Shown here: one piece after another, positions 25,101 to 37,100 of the stretch
Layout: each line of letters starts with the position of its first letter
Position numbering within the stretch: position 1 is the stretch's first letter
Assembly: GCF_963921235.1 (NCBI RefSeq)
Contig: NC_086107.1
Location: 98,458,001 to 98,522,000, forward strand
Direction of reading: 5' to 3'
Length of the DNA stretch: 64,000 bases
Origin: Mobula hypostoma
Taxonomy: Eukaryota
Program-made: the position numbers and the translations under genes
The notes under the pieces: model-generated
What the model was told of the DNA's origin: nothing
The model's database searches: none
What the model saw: the letters and a program-made list of their open reading frames with translations, nothing else

Positions 25101-28100
25101 GGGGGAGGGGAACCTTACTGGTTTTTCACCTGGAACCTACCAGCCTTCTTCCCACCCTCCCCCAACCTTCTTTATAGGGCCTCTGCCCCTTCCCTCTACA
25201 GTCCTGACGAAGGGTTCCGGCCCGAAACGTTGACTGATCATTTCCACAGATGCTGCCCGACCTGCTGGGTTCCTCCAGCGTGTTGTGAGTCCCACTAGTC
25301 ACTGTACTCGCAAAAGGACCCCCTTATCCCCACTCTCTGCCTTCTGCTGGTCAGCTAATCTTCTGTCCATTTTCATTACTTACCTCAAACACCATGGTAT
25401 CTTTCATGTTTAACATGATAAGAGGTTTGTGTAGAGGGCATGATCATTAATTTGCAATGTTAACCTGGTTCCTCTGTTATGAGGCGCTCCCAACCATGCC
25501 TGCTTCTGGGATTCAGACGGTCTAACTCTCCAGAGTATGGATATCTGGCACAGCCCCTTTAAGGGCTCAGGATGGTCCCACAAATTGGCAGTCGTGTTTT
25601 GGGCACCAGGAACTGAGTATTTAAAGAGCACCTGAACTGAGGTTTGGTGCTCAATTGTAAGCCTGCTAGTGATATTGTCTAGCATTTGTTTTGTGCTCAG
25701 TTCTCGATCCAATTTGATACCGTGTCTCAATCCTTGCTTTGGATACTCCAGCATCTGGGTCCTAACCATCCCTGCCATCTGCTGAGTATATACAGCATTT
25801 TTCTATTTTTTGTTTCTGGCTTCATTGAAGACTTCTCCTTGACAAAGTTCTTATCATAACCAAGACCCTGTTTGCCAGTGAGTACTTGTACTGGAACATT
25901 TTGACCAGAGACATGGTAAGCTCTAGGGTGCAGATCTTCAGTACTGCACCTGCAGTATCACATGCAGAATTCGGTCTCAAATTCACCAACTTCAGATAAC
26001 TCTTTCTTTCTGGATCAGAACTAGTTATTTCTGCATGTCATCATTTTATTTTTTATTCGTATCATCTGGTCTGCTGGGAAAATCCCACTATTTATCCTTA
26101 CACAATCCATAAACAAAGGACCATAAGCTGCCACATTTTGTCATTTGGTCTGATCTGAGGAGTTCCCTTTGCTCTACACAACTCTCTCCCACCCACACTG
26201 TTGCAGAAATTTTATCTCTTCCGAATTCTGAAGAAGGGTGCAGGACTTGAAACGTCCACTGTCTCTTTTCGCTAGATACTGCCTGACCTGCTGAGTGATT
26301 CCAATGTTTTCTGTTTTTATTTCAGATATCCAGCATCTGCAGGTTTTTTTTTTGTTTGATTTTCGTTGTTGAGAACATGATTTGCCCCAACAGGAATGAG
26401 GATGGAGACGTTTGGAGCTTATTTGTCTCATGAGCATTTTAATTGTCCACCACCTTTCACCTCTGGTTGTGGTAGGACTGCAGAGCTTTTGGTTGTGGAA
26501 TCCTCTAGCTTGTGCTACCTCACATTGTGATCTCTGTTCAGCATTTGCATGTTACAGCATCACTGGGCTCGCAGCTCATCATTTTTAGGTATTGCTGGTG
26601 TTGTTGCCAGTGTGATCTCCGTCACCATACATTAAACCATCACCTTCTGCTTCTGACCATAAAGCCCACTTGTATCCACTTAGCCACGTAGCTCCTCCTG
26701 GATCCCGTACTGTTTCACCTTCCAGACTTGCCTTCCATCTGGGACCTTGTCAAAGACCTTGCTCAGTCCAAATAGAAACCAAGCAAGGGCTTTTCTCTTT
26801 GGAGTGAAAAAGGATGTGAGGAGACTTGATATAGATGTACAAGATCAATAGAGTGGATAGCAGACACCTTAATCCGAAGGGAGAAATGGCTAATGCAAGA
26901 GGGCATATTTTTAAGATGATGTTGGAAGCCATTTTTTTTTAGTAATCCTTTTTATAAGATTGGTACTTTTTAACAAACTCATGTGTTTTTCACTGTATGT
27001 AGTGGTTCATCCCCACTCACTGGCAGAAAATGGTATAGCAGCTAAACTAACGGGTTTTTCACCTTTCTCATTTTTCATTGGCTAATTACCAGCACATTGC
27101 CCATGTGGTGTAACTGTTTTAATTATATAGCCTATTAACTAGTTTATTCTCTATCTAAGGAATCTCCCTTATTTTATCTATAAAAGTGAAGGATTTTTCA
27201 GAGGCACCATTTTAGCTTCGTTGTTCCTTTGTCTTCACGTCCATATACCTCTTAGCGTCGTTTCTTGGCTCTTTAGTTAAGTTGCTTAGTGTTTGCATAT
27301 TGTTTGTACTCTAAACTGAAATCGTGGAATTAAGACTCATCATTCCTGACTCCGAGAAGAACCCTAAGGATCAGAAAATAAATGGAGATCCAACAGTGAT
27401 GAGGAGAAAGTATGGGGGTGTATCGGAGGTAGGTTATTTTACACAGAGAGTGGTAAGTGTGTGGAATACACTGCCTGGGCTGGTGGTAGAGGCTGATACA
27501 TTAGGGGGATTTAGGAGACTTTTAGATAGGCACATGGATGAAAGGAAAAATGGAGGCCCATGTGGGAGGGGAGTGTTAGATTGATCTTGGAATCAGTTAA
27601 CATGTCGACACAATATTGTGGGCCAAAGGGCCTGTAGTGTGTTTGCTGTTCTGTGTTCTCAGATGCCCATCATCCTGCCCTTGTCAATTGTGTTCAAAAC
27701 AAAATATCCATATGGACCAGACTGGCTAAGGTTGGCAGACTTCCTTGCCCGATAGGCTTTTAATTAACCAGAAAGGTTTTTAAATGACTATGAGTCATAG
27801 CATGGTCATCGCTGCTGTGAGTACAGGCAGTCCTCGTCTTAACCTTGTTTATTCATTATTGTTTCACTCACCACTATTTCCTCATCATTGCCTAAACTGA
27901 ATCCATCAGCACTCACCTTGCCGAGTATTGAAGAGCAGTGGTGTCATCTATTCAGTCATTGCCCTGCGTGTAGAGCAACCCCAATCCTGAGCACCGCAAA
28001 GGTAAGTGCTTTATTCACCCTCTATACCTCATCCAAACCACAGCTCTCTGAGTCACTCATCTATCCCCTCCTCCCCACCCCACACCGCCGCCCTTCACTG

Positions 28101-31100
28101 CCACTTCCTAGCACTTGCCTGTCTCTTGGCTTGACCTTCAGCCTAGGAAAGGGATTCACTTGATGTTGTTCCAATTCATGTCACCCTTTCTGAGAATGAA
28201 ATTCAGTGTTAAGATTAATTCTTAGGTAATGGATTATTAACTTGACAGGGAGAAGCAGCGGGTAATGGCAAGCGGCAGCGAGGAGATGGAGAAGGCTGTA
28301 GTAAGGAGAGAGGGTGGGGTGGAAGGGAGGGGCAGACTGGGGAGAAAGTGATGAGAAGGAGTATGATGAGGTGGTGTGTGCAGGCAGTTTTCAGGGTGGG
28401 GGGGTTCAACAGAGCATTGGTGTGGGAACGGACTGTGACGAGAAACTTGGGCGAGGATGGTAAGGACCTAAGTACTGGAGTACCCGAGACACAAACTCAA
28501 GACTAAGATGAGAACAAGGTACTCGACCAGATGCTAGACGAGAATCCAAACGAGACAGAAATCCTAAACGCAATCGCAGCCCGAACCAACGCTGAGCTGA
28601 TGATTCAGCACCAAACCTGAGTTCAGGTGCTCTTAAAATATCCAAATCTTGGCACCAAAACATGGCCGCCATTTAGCAGAGTGGGCCAGAATCTTTGAAG
28701 GGACTACGCCAGCTATCCTTACTCCAGGGGATCGGAGTGTCTGAACCCCAGAGGCTGGCGTGGTTGGGTGTGTACCATACAGTCAACAGGAAGTTATAAC
28801 AGAGCGAATGGAAGACTGGGTGAAATCCCAGTATGAAGTGTCTTGTACGAATTTTGGGTTGCTTTTCGACCCCCTACTTCTTTAATACCAGGTTGTATGG
28901 TTGGGCTGTTTGAACTGGTGTGGGTGTACGGTATGTGGGTCATCCGGAGAGAGGCACAGTAGCTTCAGTGAATGGATTTATCTATTTCGTAGGGATAAAA
29001 AAATTCCTTTTCAACTTAAATCAATCCTCCGGACCAAGCCCACTCACAGCAACCTCAAAATCTAAGAGGGCCGCATCCATGTCAAGAAGCAACAAGGTGA
29101 GTAAAGAGCAGAGAACGACGGCTTGACATTGTAATACATTCTAAAGGGTTTCGCCAAGTTGTTAGCAATAATGTGGAAAATGCAAAGTCCTTCATTCTGG
29201 TAACAGAACTAAGAAGGCAAAGTGTTCTTTAAATAGTGAGAAGCTGAGAGACTTGGATGTTCAGAGAGACCTGGGTGACCTTGTACATTGAAAGCAAATG
29301 CAAAGCTAGAGCAAATAGTTAGTAATGCAAATGGTATATTTGGTCTTTATTGCAAGAGGATTTGAGTACTAGAGTAAAGGGGCCTTGCTGAAAGTGCACA
29401 GGGCCTTGGTGTGACTGCTTCTGCAATAGTGTAGGCACCACACACAAAACACTGGAGGAACTCAGCAGGCCGGGCAGCATCAATGGAAGCGAATAAACAG
29501 TCGACATATCAGGGCGGATATTGTGTGCGGCTCTGGCCACCCTACCCCAGGGAGGATTTGTGTCTGATAACAAGACAGCAGGGGGAATTTACCATGTCAG
29601 TTCGAAAGATGGTGGGTTTGTCACACAAGGAGAAATCAGAATCAGGTTTAATATCACTGGCATATGTCGTGAAATTTGTTAACTTTGTGGCATCACTGCA
29701 ATGCTATGCATGATAACAGAGAAAAAGAAGACTGTGAGTTACAGTATATGTTTATATATTTCAATAATTAAATTAACTAAGTAATGCAAAAATAGGAAAT
29801 AAAAAAGCAGTGAGGTAGCGTTCATGGGTTCAATATCCATTCAAAAATCGGATGTCAGACGGGAAGAAGCTGTTCCTGAATAGCTGAGTGTGTGCCTTCA
29901 GGCTCCTGTATTTCCTTCCTGATGGTAGCAATGTGAAGAGAGCAGGTGCTGGGTGCACACTGAGCCTAGATGTTTCAGAATTTAGAAGAATGGCAGATGA
30001 TCTCATTGAAACATACACTATAGGACATGCACTCAGTGGCCACTTTATTAGGTACACCTGTACACCTCGTTAATGCAAATATCTAATCAGCCAATCATGT
30101 GGCAGCAACTCAATACATACAACCATGCAGCCATGGTCAAGAGGTTCAGTTGTTGTTCAGATCAAATATCAGAACGGGTAAAAATTGTGAGCTAAGTGAC
30201 TTTGACTGTGGAATAATTGTTGGTTCCAGATCAGCAGTTTCTAAGATACATAAACCACGGTGGCTTGTGGATCTCAGAAACTGCTGATCTCCTGAGGTTT
30301 CCATGCACAACGGTCTCTAGAGTTTACAGAGACTGGTGCAGAAAACAACAAAAAAAAACATCTGTGGGTGAAAATGTCTTGTTAGTGGGAGATCAAAGGA
30401 GAATGGCCAGCTGACAGGAAGGCGACAATAACTCAAATATCCACACGTTACAACAGTGGTGTGCAGAATAGCATCTCTGGATGCACGTATCCAGTCTTGA
30501 AGTGGGTGAGCTGCAGCAGCAGAACACCACGAACATACATTCAGTGTCCACTTTATCAGGTACCTACTATACCCAATAAAATGACCATTGAGTGTATATT
30601 GGATGATGCCTCTCCTGGCTTGGGAAAATAAGAGCCACTGTCTCAACACAAGAGGTCGAACGTTTCGGGAAAAGGTAGAAGTAATTTCATCTCCCAGAAA
30701 ATGATGACTCTTTGGAATTCTCTACACTACAGAGCTGTGGAGGACCAGTTGTCGGAGTATATTTGGGTCGCAGATCGATAAATATTTGGGTATTCAGGGA
30801 ATCTAAGGACACAGGAAAATTACATTAAATGCTGAAGGGGTCAAGTGGTTTATTCCTATCCCTGTTTATGATTTATGTTCTAAGTTGAAACCTAGCTATG
30901 TGTAAAAACGTAAGTAATGAGGAGCTTGGTACAGTGAAGTTTTAATATCATCCTTTTTGCTGTCTCCACTCCCACCTTCTCCTCTCCCCACCTGTCTCCC
31001 AGCAATATCCTCCCCCCTTCCTGATTCAATCCTTCACCCTTCCTTGGTCCCTCTCCTCTTTAAACTGGCTATCTTCCCTCTCTACACCCAATCCTCTCAC

Positions 31101-34100
31101 GGGGTTTCGACCCAAAATATTAAGCATTCCTCCTCCCCCAACAGATGCTGCTCAACACACTGGGTTCCTCCAGTGGGTTGTTTGCTGCATCTTCTCAGAT
31201 AGAGTGTCGCAGATTCTAAACACGGTCTGCATGAAAAATATTTTCCGCAGATTCTGCACCCCCCCCCCACCCCAAATGCTCTAACTTGTCATCTTGGACC
31301 TGTGCCCTCTGGTTTTAGACAGTGCATGAGGGAAATTTTCTCATTATCTACCCTATCTATGCCTTTTTTGTGTGCATTGCTTGAATTTCCAGCATCTTGC
31401 ACATTTCCTCGTGTCTGCCATCAGGTTCACAAATAGTTATTACTCCTCAACTATCAGGCTCTTCAACCAGAGGCGATATCTTCACTTGCCCCATTGCTGA
31501 ACTGTTCCCATAACCTATTAACTCACTTTAAAAGACTCTGCATCTCATGTTCTCAATGTTTTTTTTCTCAGTTCAAGCTGGTAATACCTGAAGTACGGGC
31601 ATAGCCAAGCAGACACGCATTTCTCAACTGCTAGGAACTTCTGGACGATTCTAATGGTGTTTAGTATTGCAGCTTCTGAAGATTTACATAGATATTGCCG
31701 TGTAGCCCTAATTGTTTAATACTATTGTGTAGTGTCTTTGAGATGATAACAGCTGTAGATATTACGATTGGGACAATGTAAACCCTATTCATGTTCTATA
31801 GTCTTTCAATTTATTATTATTATTATTTCTTTTTTCCCTCTTTCTTTATGTATTTGCACAGTTTGATCTTTTGTTCTTGCATATTGGCCGTACTCCATCC
31901 TACTGAGTACAGTCTTTCCTCGATTCTATTATATTTCTTGTATTTACTGTGATTGCTCACAAGAAAATGAATCTCAGGGTTGTACATGGTGACATACACA
32001 GTATGTACTTTGGTAATAAATTTACTTTGAACAAGGTCCCTGAAAGGTGGGGATGTAAAAGGGCAGTTATTGTATCTTCTGCAATTGCATGGAAAGTGCC
32101 ATGAGAAGGGTTGTGTTTGCTGGAAGTGGAAGAGCTTTGGAGGTTGACGGCTTTGCAAAGGGAATGGTCTCTCTCTACTGACACCCTTGTGGTTCTCTGC
32201 AACTACAAGTTTTTCTGGTATCTCACCTCCACATTAAGTTTGAATATATTACAAGAGACAGAAGAGTGGGGTGCTTTGGGATCCTTTGGACTGGATGCTC
32301 AAGGTAGAAACATTTCATTTAAAGAGGATGTTTGAGGGTGAAGGGACCAGGGCAAAACTAGTTACGTTTTGAATATTGCTTTCAATTCCACTTAACAATT
32401 AATGCTGATTTTCTGCTTTCAGCCTTCTACAGAAAGGAAAGAAAACACCTTATCAAGACTGCCACCAGATTCACCATCCAAACTGAAGAGTTCAGAAAGC
32501 CAACAGGAATCCATTACAGATCTGCTGGAAACCGAGACCTGCCAAAAGGACGAAGAGCCAGCCAGGTCCCCTGGTGAGAATGGAGCCATGTGTATGAATG
32601 ATGAGCAAAACATTATCAAATGCTGTGAATGAAATTCAGTGGATTCCTGTTAATTAGAACACCAATGGGACCAGTACGTTTTGGGCCAATTAAGCAGTTG
32701 CCCTAAATAGCTGAATATTCATGGAAATAGTCAAAAAGGTATAAAAAAGATGAACAACACACATAAAAGTTGCTGGTGAACGCAGCAGGCCAGGCAGCAT
32801 CTCTAGGAAGAGGTATAGTCGACATTTTGGGCCGAGACCCTTCGTCAGGACTAACTGAAAGAAGAGCTAGTAAGAGATTTGAAAGTGGGGGGGGGGGGAG
32901 ACCCAAAATGATAGGAGAAGACAGGAGGGGGAGGGATGGAGCCAAGAGCTGGACAGTTGATTGGCAAAAGGGATATGAGAGGATCATGGGATAGGAGGCC
33001 CAGGGAGAAAGAAAGGGGGAGGAGGGAAGCCCAGAGGATAGGCAAGGAGTATAGTGAGAGAGACAGAGGGAGAAAAAGGAGAGAGAGAAAAAGAGATATA
33101 TAATAAATAACGGATGGGGTACGAGGGGGAGGTGGGGCATCAATGGAAGTTAGAGAAGTCAATGTTCATGCCATCAGGTTGGAGGCTACCCTTTTTTTAT
33201 CGAAAAAGACGAATTATCATTTAACTGAGTAACATGTTGTGTCTTTAAATGAAATACGGGACAAGTTAGAACACTACCTTTGCTACTACAGTACTATAAA
33301 ACTGTGTATTAGTTCCTAATAGTTATTGATGGAGGAATTCATCTGGTATATGGTGCTGTGTTATTTTGATTGTCTGCAAATGAACACAATCAGCACAAAC
33401 ACCTAGTGCAGATAATGGACTGCCTTCATACAATGTTTTAGACGACTGCATCCTCCAAATCTTCATTTTCATTGTAACATTCAGGATGATTGTTGATACC
33501 TTCAAATTCTTCATAGTTCCACTTGTTGAAGTAGTGAAGTTGATTCATTTTCACCCCCGGCTGTCTCTGGCACCTCCAAGCATGAATGCTTGAAACTGCA
33601 GTGAACAAAACGGTTTGGAATTTCCTTTTGCAAACAAGAGAAAATCTGCAGATGCTGGAAATCTAAGAAACACACACTAAGTGCTGGAGGAACTCGGCAG
33701 GCCAGGCAGCATCTATGGAAAAAAGTACAGTTGACGTTTCAGGCCAAAAGCCTGGCCCAAAACATCGACAATTTACTCTTTTCGCTAGATGCTGCCTGGC
33801 CTGTTGAGTTCCTCCAGCATTTTGTGTGTGTTTTCTGAATTTCCTTACTGCTTATTTCTCACCAACTATCAGTGATGGTAGGGGTATGGAGGGCTATGAT
33901 CTGGGTGCAAGTCAATGGGAGTAGGCAGTTTAAATAGTTTGGCACGGACTAGACGTGCCAAAGTGTTTCTGCACTGTGCTTTTCTATGATTCCATGATGA
34001 CTCTATAACAAAAATTACTGCTTTTAAAACACAAACACATGCAGCTGATGATATTTAAAGACATTTCTGTCCATGCATGATGTAGTGTCTAATGGTCACA

Positions 34101-37100
34101 CAAGTGCACATGATTGACACTAGTTAGAAACTGTTCGGCAAGTCTCCTGCCCCAATTAAGTGGCATTGTGTCCCAAATAAATGAAGGGAATCCCCCCCCC
34201 CCCGGCTATTTTTTCGATTTGTTTTTGTCTTTTAAGAGTTGTCCCAAATAAGCAGCTTCCCCGACTAACCAATGGTCCAATTAACCGGAATCCACTGTAT
34301 TTGCATTTCGTTCTGAGGGTGGTTCATGTTGCAAAAAGGAATGCATCGAGTGTGCTTTCCATCGGGGTGAGATTGGGTTGCATTGGTGCTCTGTGAAAAA
34401 ACCCCATGCACAAAAGTACAAACGTCCTCTGTGTATGAAAGAGAGTAAATGCAGTCTCATGGTATCAGGTATAAAAGAGCAGTGTGATAATTGTAGAAGA
34501 CTAATCTTCATTGACTGGCCGCTGGTGGAGTGACATCAGCACTGGACTTTGAGGTGGCTGGTCCTGAGTTCAAATCCAGCCAGGTCAGAAGAAAATCCTG
34601 GCAATTTACTCTGTGTCATGAAAAACCCCACAGACAACTTCAGTAACCATAGGATCGCAATGAGTCAACGGCACTCAACAACAATCTTCACTTGATTGAT
34701 CTGTAGCCTGCAATTTTCCTCACCATTAACAACACCACCACCTTCTGTGTCATCAGCAAGAATATTAATCTTACTTTCGACATTCATATCCAAATTGTTA
34801 TTATATATGCGTATAGTAAGCAGAGAGGATTCCAGCACAGATGCCAGGTTATACAGTCCTTGAAACTTACAGAGTTATGGTCACTATTTCAAAATGCTCT
34901 CGCTCTCACACTTCAATCACTTGCCTGGTTACTTTCCCTCTACTATTGCCCCTTCTCCATTGGACTATCTCCAAAAGGCTCCAGTGAATATTCCCTTTAA
35001 ACCTTTTATAGTTTGGCCATGTCAGTTAATATTGAGGCAGTTAGAAGTCCTTGATATTTTAATTCAAATACTCATATACCTCCCTGTAATTTGTTTGTGC
35101 ATCTACTCATCACCGACTTGTATTGTGATACCAGCTCCTCACTCACAATTCCCTGGTCCTCGTTTACTTGGACATCCTAAATCTTAGAATATTGGGTTAC
35201 CAGTCCTGCCTTTCTTTCAATCATACCTCTGTGGCAGGAAAAGTATCATATTCATGTGCTGATCAGGGCTCTCAGTTTAACATTTTTACCAGTCAGACCC
35301 TTGCATTAAAATAGATGCAATTTCACCTTCCGTTGCTCCTGTGTGATTTATTACACCTCCATCTGCTTTGTACATTGAGCTGCCTCCTTTCTTTATTTCA
35401 ATGTATCCATCCCACAAAGGGACACATATTTTGTGCCCCATCCCCTGTTGTTAGACTAGACCACTAGATATTGGAGCAGAATGAGGCCACTCGGCCCATT
35501 GAATCTGCTCTTCTATTCCATCTTGGCTGATTTACTATCCCTCTCAACCCCCATTCTCATGCCTTCTCCCTCTAACCTTTGATGCCCTTACTAATCAAGA
35601 ACTTATCAACCCCCGCTTTAAATATATCCAGAGATTTGTCCTCCACAGCCATCTATGGCAATGAATTCCACAGATTCACCATCTGGCTAAAGAAATTTGT
35701 CCTCACTCCATGAACATCCTCTCCACGAACACTCTGTCTAGGCCTTTCAATATTTGATAGGTTTCAATAAGTTTCCCCTCCGCCCCACCCCCATTCTTTG
35801 AAACTCCAGTGAGTACATGCCCAGAGCCATCAAACGCTTCTCATACATTAACCCTTCCACTTCCAGGATCATTCTCATGAACTTCCCCTGGACCTTCTCC
35901 ACTGCTAGCACATGCAGTGTGTTCTTAGATAAGGAGCCCAAAACTGCTCACAATACTCCAAGTTTAAACCCTCCCCAACAGTGAAAGTGAACCTCTGTGC
36001 AAGGAAATTGGATCATTCCAGGTCTGATGCAACCTTTCCAACTTGTACAGGTTCCACCTTCCCCAAAGACAACCCCAGGGATCTAGATATCTAAACCCTT
36101 CCCTCTAGCTATATATCTGACCTATAATTCTTTCAGAAGCATTGACATTGGAACTAATCCAGAGATTACGACTTTAATATCCCATTCTTCAATCTACTAC
36201 TTATCTCCCAAGTGGCCAAGTGGTTAAGGTGTTCGTCTAGTGATCTGAAAGTCGCTAGTTTGAGCCTTGGCTGAGGCAGTGTGTTGTGTCCTTAGGCAAG
36301 GCACATAACCACACATTGCTCTGCGACAACACCGGTGCCAAGCTGTTTGGGTCCTAATGCCCTTCCCTTGGACAACATCGGTGGCGTGGAGAGGGGAGAC
36401 TTGCAGCATGGGCAACTGCCGGTCTTCCATACAACCTTGCCCAGGCCTGCGCCCTGGAAACCTTCCAAGGCGCAAATCCATGGTATCACGAGACTAATGG
36501 ATGCCTATATAATCTCCCTAAATTTGTGTTGCAGGGACCTCAACCACTTTTTAGCTTTGCCACTGTACCATTGTAGACCATAACATCTTCCCCTTCAGAG
36601 TGAACTGTATCTATTTTGTGCTATCATTGACCTTAATACAAGGGAAGTAACTCATCATTCTAGATTTGTGCCATAGCACCAAAGTACCCGTCTATTACCC
36701 TCACTATCAAATCCTCAGCGATACAACTCACTCAACCTTTTTCCAGCTTGGTGTAACAGTTTTAGAGTGAGATGCAGTCCCTGCCTGCCTCCCATCCTCT
36801 ACCTGGATGTCACCTACTTCTTCTCTGAATGCCTTTCCTTAAAATGCCAGATGACCACATCCAAAAATATGCTATCCTTGTAATTTAACCCTTGCAAACT
36901 CCACAAAACCAGTGCTTAAAAGTGGCTCAGCTGGAGACATTTTCCACTGATATGTTGAATGGGATTGATCACCAACATAAAAGACAGCTCAGAACTAGGT
37001 GCTCATTAGAATCTGTGCACCATCCGCAGCAGCAGAAATGTACACCACAACATTTTATAACCTCGTGCCTGGCATATCCTTGTTCAACCATCATATCAAA

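Larger units (their letters stand above)
24869..25290. mobile_element. Fold-back non-autonomous PLE derivative (two inverted pseudo-LTRs) with two hammerhead motifs
   Basis: Arms ~24905-25085 and ~25113-25290 are reverse complements; TSD cccactagtcactg at 24855-24868 and 25291-25304. Confidence 0.85.
23960..25420 (-). mobile_element. Old CR1 RT/3' fragment interrupted by a fold-back element
   Basis: DRLGEWAMKWKMEY...MHF...LAFISRG; VTSG..GSVLGP. Confidence 0.75.
32637..34297 (-). mobile_element. Non-autonomous Tigger/pogo-like DNA transposon with nested insertions
   Basis: TIRs cagtggattcc(t/g)gttaatt; TA at the right end; acidic transposase C-terminal remnant at ~33430-33520. Confidence 0.72.

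Noticed and set aside
36210..36290. tRNA gene (also ~23740-23810 and ~14835-14905)
   Set aside because: tRNA-like heads continue into SINE bodies and tails, two with clear TSDs; the cloverleaf is degenerate.
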